A stretch of 34,333 nucleotides of DNA from Thermodesulfobacterium sp. (GCA_021163085.1 JAGGXL010000066.1:1-34333); one strand, 5' to 3'. Positions 20,410-29,206 are shown, numbered from the stretch's first letter. The notes: generated from the letters alone by a model not told the origin. A program made the numbers and translations.

Positions 20410-20482
20410 GAGCCTGTAGCTCAGTGGAAAGAGCACCAGCCTCCGGAGCTGGGTGTCGGGGGTTCAAATCCCCCCAGGCTCG
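20410..20482 (+). tRNA. tRNA-Arg(CCG), CCA not encoded
   Basis: Acceptor GAGCCTG/CAGGCTC, D arm GCTC-AGTGGAAA-GAGC, anticodon stem CCAGC/GCTGG with loop CT-CCG-GA, T arm GGGGG-TTCAAAT-CCCCC, discriminator G. Confidence 0.96.
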
Positions 20483-20485
20483 TTT

Positions 20486-20490
20486 ATTTA
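20486..20490 (+). repeat. 5-bp target site duplication ATTTA (tRNA-side copy)
   Basis: ATTTA directly precedes TGT at 20491; identical ATTTA follows ACA at 34018. Confidence 0.88.
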
Positions 20491-20556
20491 TGTAAATTAC
20501 ATTAAAAAACGCAACAAAACACAATTAAATGCAACATCACAAAAAATAATGCAACA
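20491..20556 (+). repeat. tRNA-proximal transposon end: 8-bp terminus plus three tandem 18-bp TnsB-type sites
   Basis: ACATTAAAAAACGCAACA (20499-20516), ACACAATTAAATGCAACA (20519-20536), ACAAAAAATAATGCAACA (20539-20556); exact 20-bp period. Confidence 0.9.
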
Positions 20557-20561
20557 AACCC

Positions 20562-20570
20562 TGATACTAT
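20562..20570 (+). promoter_or_regulatory. Possible extended -10 promoter for the TnsE-like gene
   Basis: TGATACTAT (TGn-TAnnnT) about 10 bp before ATG 20580, directly after the third TnsB-type site. Confidence 0.4.
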
Positions 20571-20579
20571 TTTTTGCAG

Positions 20580-22304
20580 ATGAAATTATCACAAATTGTT
20601 TTTCCTAAGTTTAAAAAGTTTCCACATTTAAAAGCTACACTAAACTTCTATCTTAACTTCGTAAAAAGTCCTCAAGGAAAGACTGGATATTACTACAGAG
20701 CTCTTTTCTCCTGCGAAAGCAAAAAAGATAATGAAAGTTTTCAGTTTCTATTAATTGAACACATCCCTGTAGAATTTCTTACTCTTATTCCGTCCGGATA
20801 TATTTACTTTTTCGATTCTGGAAAAATAGCGGAAAGAAAAAGTTCAAACTTTTTAAAATCTGCTAAAATTGATTTGTTCATTCCTGAAAATCAGGAAGTC
20901 AAACGGCTTTCGGAGTATGTTGAACCTAAAAAATTTCATGAATTTGGATTCCTCAATAAAGATGGGCAATACATAAGTTTTGAAAGAGAAATCTCTTCTC
21001 TATACATAGTGAAAATTGAGCATAACAATGCAACATTTTTAATACCTTCAACCTTAATAGCTTCTCAGTTTTACTTTTTCTCAAGCAGAATCATTCCTTA
21101 CATGTTACGAAACGCTTTAGGTGATACCCACAAGGGAATTACCATGGATGGAAATTCGTATAAAATAGTGATGGGTTCTTACTTCAGCAGTGCTGATGCT
21201 CCTAAAGTTATATTTTTCTTAACCGATCCTTATGCTAAGGATAGCCTTACTATATTTTCAAGTAAGAACTTAAAAAATTTATTGAAAGAAAGTTTAAAAT
21301 TCCCTATTTATGCCAGATTTCCTTTTAACGGAACTTATCCTTGTGAAGTGTTCTATGAAATGATCGGAAATTACTGCTATGTGCACTTTTTGGGCTTTGC
21401 AAGAGGAAGCTTACCTTACGAGAAGTTGAACGTTGAAGTTATCCGGGTTAAAATCGAAAAAGCAAAAGAAAATGAAGTTGAAGTCCACAGTTCGATCCCA
21501 ATTGGAATTCCAGAAGAACTCGAAGAGGCAGAATATGAGCTTTCCAGAGTCAAACCGTCAAAGTATTTAAAATCTTTGGGATTAAGGACCGCCCTGGAGC
21601 AAGATCGGTTAAATGTAAAAAAAGGTATTTTGCTTAGCAACGATGCCACACCAAAAGCGAAACCCGTGTTTTTCAAAGCTGAAAGCAAAGTTGAAATGGT
21701 TAGCGTTGAAGACAAAGCCAAACCCTATAGCGAAATGGAAAAGAAAACCGCTAAAATTGAAGTTACACGTGGAGGATCAGTTACAGAAGGTGATTATGAA
21801 AAAAATTTGGAGAAATTCAAGGAATTGCTTCAAGTATTGCAAGATCAGTTCAAATTTGAAATTCGTTTTATGAAAGAACTTCTGGTACCAATCAGAAAGA
21901 AAAACAAAGACAGTATAAGCCAGATTGAATACTACGACTGGAGAAAAATTTATAAAGGAAAGAACCCTAACCGGAGAAGAAAGTTTTTACTGGTTATGGG
22001 AAAATTTCCCGAAGTCAACAATTTAGTCGCATTTCTTGAAGTGGATCAAACGGGAATGAGTTATTCTCTGTCAACTTTTGTTTTTATTACTAAAATGAAG
22101 AATATAAATCTTGAGTTCTTGAAAAAATCAGTTATTTATTTTTTAGTAGAAAGATTAGAAGGTTTAAAAGAAGAGCAACTTAAAAAACTTATGGAAAGCA
22201 GAGGAATAGAAGTTTACTTCAAAAAACATCCCTCTGTCTGGAGTAAAAGAGCAATTGTGAGCTGGTGCAGAAGAGTTAAGAAAATTATCGCAAATCTTAT
22301 TTAA
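20580..22304 (+). CDS. tnsE: TnsE-like target-selection protein (ORF track starts at TTG 20574)
   Basis: Colinear similarity to Tn7 TnsE as I recall it: NKDGQ, FLIPSTLIASQFYF (cf. YHIPQLELARSLFL), FFLTDPYAKDS, FKELLQVLQDQF (cf. FDELLSILKTKF), FLEVDQTGMSYSLST (cf. LLEVDASDGVKMLST), KHP...SWCRRV (cf. NHP...GWAERV); similar length; inside the element. Confidence 0.72.
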   Translation: MKLSQIVFPKFKKFPHLKATLNFYLNFVKSPQGKTGYYYRALFSCESKKDNESFQFLLIEHIPVEFLTLIPSGYIYFFDSGKIAERKSSNFLKSAKIDLFIPENQEVKRLSEYVEPKKFHEFGFLNKDGQYISFEREISSLYIVKIEHNNATFLIPSTLIASQFYFFSSRIIPYMLRNALGDTHKGITMDGNSYKIVMGSYFSSADAPKVIFFLTDPYAKDSLTIFSSKNLKNLLKESLKFPIYARFPFNGTYPCEVFYEMIGNYCYVHFLGFARGSLPYEKLNVEVIRVKIEKAKENEVEVHSSIPIGIPEELEEAEYELSRVKPSKYLKSLGLRTALEQDRLNVKKGILLSNDATPKAKPVFFKAESKVEMVSVEDKAKPYSEMEKKTAKIEVTRGGSVTEGDYEKNLEKFKELLQVLQDQFKFEIRFMKELLVPIRKKNKDSISQIEYYDWRKIYKGKNPNRRRKFLLVMGKFPEVNNLVAFLEVDQTGMSYSLSTFVFITKMKNINLEFLKKSVIYFLVERLEGLKEEQLKKLMESRGIEVYFKKHPSVWSKRAIVSWCRRVKKIIANLI

Positions 22305-23006
22305 AAATGAATCATTGGAAAAGAGGAAAGAGCAAACTGTTACACAACTTTAATTTTAAATATTTGAAATTAATTTTAACTACAATAGAACACATATCAA
22401 AGGAGGAAAACAACAATGAGTCAAGTTAAAATGACTCAATAAGTCGAGGGCCTGGTACATATCTTCATCCCTTTATGCGTAAGAGCAGTTGACTTTTGAT
22501 GACCGGACGAAGTAAACCAGTTTTTTATCTTCTTCCGTTCAGCCGGAACTGTTTCTAACCAACAGGAAACTTTGCCCTAGGATTTGACTATGAAATACCA
22601 GGCGCTATCTCGCTCTTCAATCACACGCTAACCCGTTCGCCGAATTTCCCCAAACGTTTAAAAGTATGAGATGTTGACGATTCTTCCGCAGATCTCAGCA
22701 AATTTTATGGGCCCTTCTTCTTACTTGCGGTAAGCAAAAAATATTTGCAATGCAAATACACTGTTAGTTGCAACTGCAAATAATTACTTGAACTCACCCC
22801 ATAAACGCCCAACTTCTAACATTACAAGAGCATATTTGTACTAGTTCAGGAGGGATCCTATATATTCTTGAGCCTCATGGAGCACCCCACCTTTTGTACG
22901 AATAAAACAAAGAAGTTCTTCAGGCTTTGCCAGGTTCAGAAAAACGCAATACTTCTTTTGAACTTCTCTTGAGTTATCGTGACAAATGAAAAGTATCCAC
23001 ACTCTC

Positions 23007-24704
23007 TTACGCTTCGGCTCCCTCCTGCAAATAGGCAGGCTTGGGGAAGACAATTTTAATAGGCTGACGAAAGATAGCATGGCTCAAGACGAGTTCTCCT
23101 TTCTCTAATCGCGTTATATTTGCCTTTACAGCTGGATCAAGAAAGCGGTAATGAACTGCCGCTAATTCTGCTGAGCTGCTTCGTCCAATGACAATGGTTG
23201 AAGAATTTCCGGCAACTCTCTCGTGGATGGCACTCATGAATTGCTCAGCACCAAACAAGATAACACCGAGAGAGCGCCCTCGTTCAGCGATGTCCAGCAC
23301 TTGCTCAACGATAGGCGATTCCTTCTCGCGAGCAGGCGCATATTTGTTCAACTCATCCACGAAAATGATCACCTTCTCAGGCAAATCCTCTCGGTCACTT
23401 CCCTCCTCGGCATAAAGTGCATAAATTGTCCGCAGGATGTCGCCAAAGACCAGTGTCTGTTCATCATCGGTGAGTTTTGCAATGTCCACAACGATAACTT
23501 CACCCCCTCGGATTTTTGCAATTTCTTCGCTGATGTTTTTAATGCCTTTTGCTCGCTGACTCACAAAAATGCCGCTCTGGCGGGTCTCCACGATGCGCCG
23601 CAAGATGCGCCGAAAACGACTAACAGTGACTGCTGGCACTTCCCCAATCTTTTGACTTTGCCCTGTATTCGGCTCAACTAACGGCGGTCCATAAAGTAGC
23701 GATTGCCAGTCCGTAACTCGTGCCCATTTGTTCCTCGGTCCCCAGTACCCAGTTTTTGGGTCAGAAAGTCCAGCAGAAATTTCACCGATCAGTGCCCCAA
23801 GCGTATCCCAAGGGTCAGGAATTTGCGACAAAAGCAAGTCAAGCTTGTTGTAGGTGTCCTGAAGAGAGTAGGCGTAAATTGACCAGTTGCGTTCGGGTAG
23901 ACGGAAACTGTTGGGACGTCCTGTAGTTGGGGTATCTTTAGCGTGGGGCAAAAGGTAGCGAACATTATCAAAAGGTTTAGGCTTCAAGCCAAGCCGCTCC
24001 CACATCTCGTGTTGCTCAGGCTCAAGTCCACCCCTTGGCGGTTGGTCAATGGAAAGCAAGTCACCATGCTTGACATTCAGGATGATAACCCCAATCTTAT
24101 TCCGAATCCCAGCCCGCTCGGCTGTCTGAAGGATGGATTGAATCAGGAACATGGCATAACTTGTCTTGGTCGCCAAGCCTGAAATTCCAGTAATATTGAC
24201 ATGGGCGCCTTCAGGTCCAAGTACATAGCCTAAGTCTAAATAGACAACCGCTTGCGTTCCATTGGACATACGAATCAGTCCTGCGGGCACCCGATAGTGC
24301 TCTGGGATTTGGTCTATGCCCAACGCCACGTGAATGCCTGCCTCATCAGCGAAACGAACTGGCCGGTCGCAAGTGACAGGCATGTAAATGTCCTTGTCGT
24401 TGGATAGAACCGCTACTTTTGCAACGGTTGCTCCTTGCCGAACAGTATTAGGCTCACTTCCTATTTGCCCGAAATCGTTGGAGATGTAATTAGCAAGATG
24501 CGTCGGGGCATCGGTAGTGTGTTCAAGAGTGGTCACAATACCAAAGGTTCGGCTCGTTCCCTCGTGAGCAATTTGTTCGGCTTCCACGATATCAAAGGGG
24601 TTGACGATAACATCGGGGGCGAGCCAAAAAGTAAAACTATCTGAACTCGTTGGTTCTCTGGAGGTTGCTGAAACTAAGCCAATGGCAGGGCGTTCCCTGT
24701 TCAT
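23007..24704 (-). CDS. HerA-like (FtsK/HerA superfamily) ATPase
   Basis: N-terminal beta-rich HAS-barrel-like region, HVNITGISGLATKTSY (variant Walker A), VIIFVDELNKYAP (Walker B), IAERGRSLGVILFGAEQ (Arg finger and Gln), LEKGE; GGAGGTGA RBS overlaps the upstream stop. Confidence 0.87.
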   Translation of the reverse strand: MNRERPAIGLVSATSREPTSSDSFTFWLAPDVIVNPFDIVEAEQIAHEGTSRTFGIVTTLEHTTDAPTHLANYISNDFGQIGSEPNTVRQGATVAKVAVLSNDKDIYMPVTCDRPVRFADEAGIHVALGIDQIPEHYRVPAGLIRMSNGTQAVVYLDLGYVLGPEGAHVNITGISGLATKTSYAMFLIQSILQTAERAGIRNKIGVIILNVKHGDLLSIDQPPRGGLEPEQHEMWERLGLKPKPFDNVRYLLPHAKDTPTTGRPNSFRLPERNWSIYAYSLQDTYNKLDLLLSQIPDPWDTLGALIGEISAGLSDPKTGYWGPRNKWARVTDWQSLLYGPPLVEPNTGQSQKIGEVPAVTVSRFRRILRRIVETRQSGIFVSQRAKGIKNISEEIAKIRGGEVIVVDIAKLTDDEQTLVFGDILRTIYALYAEEGSDREDLPEKVIIFVDELNKYAPAREKESPIVEQVLDIAERGRSLGVILFGAEQFMSAIHERVAGNSSTIVIGRSSSAELAAVHYRFLDPAVKANITRLEKGELVLSHAIFRQPIKIVFPKPAYLQEGAEA

Positions 24705-24708
24705 AGTC

Positions 24709-25839
24709 TCACCTCCATCGCATTAGTTGCTGGACGACATCCCTTGAATAAAAAGCATTGCGGATGGCTTGTTCTGTCAGATGAATGGGATAAAGATGAG
24801 CATGCCATCTTCGGTCTCGCCCATGTGGTGTCACATTTCGCTCTGCCACTAAAGCACTTGAAAGGAAATCAACCAACTCCGACGGAACAGGTTCTTGTTT
24901 CGGTGTGACTAACTCGCATTTAACCACGCCCATCAGTGGGTAGTCCACTTGCCCCTGTGGACGAAGCCGAACATACCAAAAGATAACCTGCCCACTGTAA
25001 GCGCTGAAAGCAGCCGTTCGGTGTTCGTGTTTCAAATCTGCCAGCAGGCTGTAGATAGAAAAGCGCTTAGCGCTTGGTCCGCGACCAAAAACAAACTGGG
25101 GGTCTTTACGGAAATTTTTTGAGACGCCCAAAATCGGAAGGATTGTTTCTCCGTATTCCTTCAGTAACTGCAAAATCGGCTGGAACATGAGCGAGCCATC
25201 TGCAACAAGCCAACAAGTGTTGCTGAGTTTCGACAAAATCTTTTGCATCAGTTCCGCTTCCAGTTCACGCATCTTGTAACGTACCTTACCACCAGCACGA
25301 AACCGCAAATCCACATCGCTATAAGCTTGACTGATGACATCATGTGCAGCTAAATCTTCTAAAACCGCTAGTGTGCTTTGGCAAAGACTTTCAAGAGAAA
25401 GCCATGCCTCTTCAGAAAGATCTTTCCTACTGGCAAGCAAAAGATGCCGAACCTCAAGGTGCTCACGCTGCACCGTTCCGTCATCTCGGCGAAAGAGGAC
25501 ACAAGCGCCAATTTGGGCATAGTGTACAGGAGTGTTTCGGTCACCCTCTAAGGCTGTGCCCAGAAAGTAGGAACGCATGGAGCCGTCAAGGAAATAACGA
25601 AAAAGGTGCGTCTCTGTCCGAGTAATTGGCGGCGTAGGACGATAAAGACTGACCTTTCCACCTTTTTCCGCTCGCTCCCAGATTGTGTCAAAGATGCGTT
25701 CATCAGTGAATGCCCGTTCCTCTCGCTCTTCGGCATCGGGATGGAGCAAGTCTTCCAATGCCCCACCCGCTGCGGGTAGAACCTCTACCTTTTTCCGCCA
25801 AGCCTTAAGGATTTCGCGAATTTGCCTCAATGGCTCCAT
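24709..25839 (-). CDS. NurA-like nuclease (RNase H/PIWI-like fold)
   Basis: YFLDGS, LVADGSL, ILGVSK, WYVRLR, C-terminal YPIHLTEQAI; sits directly upstream of the HerA-like gene, the classic NurA context. Confidence 0.78.
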   Translation of the reverse strand: MEPLRQIREILKAWRKKVEVLPAAGGALEDLLHPDAEEREERAFTDERIFDTIWERAEKGGKVSLYRPTPPITRTETHLFRYFLDGSMRSYFLGTALEGDRNTPVHYAQIGACVLFRRDDGTVQREHLEVRHLLLASRKDLSEEAWLSLESLCQSTLAVLEDLAAHDVISQAYSDVDLRFRAGGKVRYKMRELEAELMQKILSKLSNTCWLVADGSLMFQPILQLLKEYGETILPILGVSKNFRKDPQFVFGRGPSAKRFSIYSLLADLKHEHRTAAFSAYSGQVIFWYVRLRPQGQVDYPLMGVVKCELVTPKQEPVPSELVDFLSSALVAERNVTPHGRDRRWHAHLYPIHLTEQAIRNAFYSRDVVQQLMRWR

Positions 25840-28800
25840 CGCTTACCCCTTCCTTTTCAATGGGTTCAGGTACTTTGCTCAGTTCGGCAAGGTTTCGTTG
25901 AATTTCCCGCAACTCGTCATTGCTCAAGCTCCAAAGATTTGCTGCCCAAATATCAATTTCCGCCTCAATCTCCCGCAACCGCACCTCATCGCCGACTTTC
26001 GCCGCCTCATGTGCCTGCTTGGATAATTCCGTTAAACGAAGATGCACGGGATTTTTCGGATCAAAACGAGGGATGCGGATATGGTCGAGGATATGGGGGT
26101 CTCCGAAACTTTTTCCGCCTTCTTGCGAATATGTCCTCGCGGCAAAGTTAGCTAAAGAAGAGTTGATCAGCGCACAAATATAATGAGCTTCTTCTTCAGT
26201 TTCACAGGCAACCAGTGTCACAATATGCTGTGGAACAATAACTTTGCCTTCACTTGAGCCTACAACAGCCGCATTAAGCATAGATGCAATGTTTGGCCAC
26301 ACCACCTTCCAAGGGGCGAAGGTGTAGGTGCCGACAGCAAACATTGTGTAGAACGATGCGCCTTTCTTTAGCATGTCGGAAACGCCTCTTGATGCCCGTC
26401 TCCTCAATACCTTCTCAAACCGTTTCAGGTAGCCGTAGGTGTGGGGGTAGTTTTTTTGCAACCACTCTTCGTTGTAACCTTGTCGCTTTTCTGGGTCTTG
26501 CACCATCAAAATCCATGCTGACGGCTGGGCTTTCCACCGCTGAACATCTCGCCCCTTTAGAAGCGGATAAAGCAAGTCAGGCTCAATTGTTTCAGTCACC
26601 TCCTCAACTTTCACCTTTGCACCTTTAGTGATGTTATGAACTACTACCAGACCATCAGGACGTTTGTAGAGGATGTCAACCCAATAGACCGCATTGGCGC
26701 CGCCAGTGTTGACACCTTCGTGAGCTTCATAGTCTGAGTTGCCCAATACCTTTCGGATGGCTTTTATGGCTTTTGGGCGGGCAGTGAGCCAAGACGATGT
26801 TGGGTCGCTTGGGTCAACGGGTTCGGCGACGAAGTTCAGGCGTACAGTGGCGTTTGTAACTTCCTCCAGCGTGCTATCGTAAGTGAAGCGTGCACTTTTT
26901 ATCTTCCGCCAAACAGTATAAGGGACGGGATAGGTTGTTGGCTTGCCTTTCCCCAAAATCATCACCGCAGTTCGGTTAGAAGCACCCTCAAAAGGCCGAA
27001 GCGAGACCATGTCGTCAACATGAAGAACTTTTAACGGTACAGTTTTTTTGCCGGGTTTTGGGATTTGGAACCGACGAAAGCCTTGCCCTGCACCTGCGGT
27101 TTTAAAAACAGATTGGGTGATAACAAAGCCGAGTTTTCCTCCTTGCCGAAGCAATTTATCCATAACGGTAAGCGACATTAGCATGGAAATGTCCTTCTTC
27201 CCTTTGCCCAAAATTGTGTCCATTCCGCCATGAGGAAAAAGTCCATAGCGTTCCCAGATAGGTTTAGTATCCTGCCGATATTCATCAGGCAAATGCTCCC
27301 AATTCACCCACGGCGGATTTCCGATGATGTAATCAAATTGACCGACGGTGAGAGGTGCAAAGTTATTTTTAAGCAGGCGTGCCCATAGTCCGTTCATTCC
27401 TTGCCTATGCAGGTTCAAAATTTGCTCGTAAACCTTCTTTGTTCTCTCAACGTCTTTTTGCTCCCATTGGGGTGGAGCCAGTTCCTTTTCAATGCGACTG
27501 ATAAAAGCATCAGAACCTATTTGCGCCCGAACGCTCTCGTCCAAGATATTGCAGAACCTGTCAAAACATTCTTTAGTGCACAAAACGGTAGGAATATAAA
27601 AAGTTCCAACAGCGGTAGGAAACTCATAAGCACCTTCAGTCCACAAGTTTTCACCCATCGTGGGCATTCGGACGGAGTCAGCAAGATAAATGGGTATAGT
27701 GATTTCGCTTTTGCGATACTCAAGTAAATCGGCAATCGCCAAAAGATAGTTCACCCGAGCCGTCAGTACAGCCAACGGGTTCAGGTCAAAGCCAACAACA
27801 TTGTTCAGGATGGTGTTGAGCAAATCGGTTCCGTTCACCATTAACGCTCGCCCCAGCTCTTTCATGCGGGCGATAATAAGAACAAGAAAAGTGCCAGAAC
27901 CGCAGGCAGGGTCAAGCCAACGAATGTTGAAAAGTTTATCCCTCAACCTATGTTCATTTCTGTATGGATCCGCAGTAAAAAACTCGTTGTCCACCTGATT
28001 GAGTAGTCGTTGGACGAGCCAGTCAGGTGTGTAATACTCACCGAGGTTGTGGCGAATATCTCTGGGCAAAAGGTAATGGTATAGTTTTTTAAACAGATCT
28101 CGGCTCTCTTCGGGATGAATGGAAAGCGTCACTGGGTCGTATTCGTCCAAGCGATTAAGCAGTTCTCGGATGGCGTTTTCAATGAAGTTATCCCAAGCAA
28201 AAAGATACCAAGCAAAAAAGTCGCCCTCGAGCAAATTCGTCAGTCCATAAGCGCGGAAGATACCGCCTGATTCCAGCTCCTGAAGGCGGAAACGAAGCGC
28301 CTCACTGTCGATGCTTGTTAGTTCACCAAATGATGGAGCACCCAATTTGACCGCCATGTGCTTTGAAAGGGCAAGCCAAGCGAGGAACTTAACCAAAAGA
28401 GCGAAGTAAGTGTGAAGGGCAAAGAAGAAGCGTTCCGCTTCCTCGGATGTATTGATAATCAAACCTGCCTTGCGAACCCATTTTTTGAGAGGCTCAAGTT
28501 TACGTCCACCAAAGGCTTCGCTGTAGTCTATGGACTGACTGAAGAAAATCCGCCATTGCTTAAAAAGATTATTGACCATTTGGTTACTGTCAAGGGCAGT
28601 TTTCAGTCCTTTCATCAACGCCCGCAAAATGTTTTGCGTCCGAAGTTGTTCTATGCTAAAGTCGCGGTTAAGGTTCTCTGCCGTTAATGCAATGCCCGAA
28701 GCAGTGCTGGCAAGCCACCAAAGGAAACGCTCCAACGTCACTTGCGTAGCTCGAACGGGTTGTTCTACAACGAACTCGCCCGTTCGATATCGAACGAAAA

Positions 28801-29176
28801 TAAGGAAATAACCATCAAAAACAATCCCTGCGATGCGGGTGAGTTCGTGTTTTTGCTTTTTTGCCAAGCCGACAATGTAGTCCTTGACTTGCTGGACAGC
28901 TTTCCTAGTTGCAAAATGGGAAAGATCATCTCTCAACGTCCCAGGCCGTTCATACTCAATGACCAACCGATTAAAAACTGCATCGGCTCGCCCTGTAGCA
29001 AGAGTATATTCGGCATGAGCCAGTGGGTTAAGTTTTGCCTCATCGCAAAACTCACGGAGTAATTGATCTATGGGCTGGCGGAATTCCGCTTCGTTAGGTC
29101 GGCGCGGAAGAAACTCTTGAAGACAATCATGGAGCTTTCTGGCATAACGGCTAATGATTTCGTCCAGTTCAACCAT
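25805..29176 (-). CDS. Type IIG-like fused restriction endonuclease / N6-adenine DNA methyltransferase / target recognition domain
   Basis: N-terminal RADAVFNRLVIEYERPG...QQVKDY...GIVFDG nuclease-like domain; LGEYYTPDW, WLDPACGSGTFL (motif I), GFDLNPLAV, IGNPPW (motif IV); C-terminal YPLLKGRDV, PWKVVW, YICALINS TRD; AGGAGG RBS. Confidence 0.88.
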   Translation of the reverse strand: MVELDEIISRYARKLHDCLQEFLPRRPNEAEFRQPIDQLLREFCDEAKLNPLAHAEYTLATGRADAVFNRLVIEYERPGTLRDDLSHFATRKAVQQVKDYIVGLAKKQKHELTRIAGIVFDGYFLIFVRYRTGEFVVEQPVRATQVTLERFLWWLASTASGIALTAENLNRDFSIEQLRTQNILRALMKGLKTALDSNQMVNNLFKQWRIFFSQSIDYSEAFGGRKLEPLKKWVRKAGLIINTSEEAERFFFALHTYFALLVKFLAWLALSKHMAVKLGAPSFGELTSIDSEALRFRLQELESGGIFRAYGLTNLLEGDFFAWYLFAWDNFIENAIRELLNRLDEYDPVTLSIHPEESRDLFKKLYHYLLPRDIRHNLGEYYTPDWLVQRLLNQVDNEFFTADPYRNEHRLRDKLFNIRWLDPACGSGTFLVLIIARMKELGRALMVNGTDLLNTILNNVVGFDLNPLAVLTARVNYLLAIADLLEYRKSEITIPIYLADSVRMPTMGENLWTEGAYEFPTAVGTFYIPTVLCTKECFDRFCNILDESVRAQIGSDAFISRIEKELAPPQWEQKDVERTKKVYEQILNLHRQGMNGLWARLLKNNFAPLTVGQFDYIIGNPPWVNWEHLPDEYRQDTKPIWERYGLFPHGGMDTILGKGKKDISMLMSLTVMDKLLRQGGKLGFVITQSVFKTAGAGQGFRRFQIPKPGKKTVPLKVLHVDDMVSLRPFEGASNRTAVMILGKGKPTTYPVPYTVWRKIKSARFTYDSTLEEVTNATVRLNFVAEPVDPSDPTSSWLTARPKAIKAIRKVLGNSDYEAHEGVNTGGANAVYWVDILYKRPDGLVVVHNITKGAKVKVEEVTETIEPDLLYPLLKGRDVQRWKAQPSAWILMVQDPEKRQGYNEEWLQKNYPHTYGYLKRFEKVLRRRASRGVSDMLKKGASFYTMFAVGTYTFAPWKVVWPNIASMLNAAVVGSSEGKVIVPQHIVTLVACETEEEAHYICALINSSLANFAARTYSQEGGKSFGDPHILDHIRIPRFDPKNPVHLRLTELSKQAHEAAKVGDEVRLREIEAEIDIWAANLWSLSNDELREIQRNLAELSKVPEPIEKEGVSDGAIEANSRNP

Positions 29177-29206
29177 CTTAATTTAACCTCCTTAATTTCT
29201 AAAAAC

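Noticed and set aside
807-21873. Short overlapping ORFs in the housekeeping and TnsE-like regions (e.g. 807-1004, 4208-4417, 17320-17631, 21416-21721)
   Set aside because: They overlap confident genes and have no recognisable domains.
22720-22740. Structured ncRNA or terminator at CTTAC-TTGCG-GTAAG
   Set aside because: Only a 5-bp stem with no correctly placed U-tract; too weak to support.
23007-25839. Native herA-nurA DNA repair operon
   Set aside because: No mre11/rad50 (sbcCD) neighbours, foreign composition, inside a transposon and coupled to an RM gene; a repair role is not excluded but is less parsimonious.
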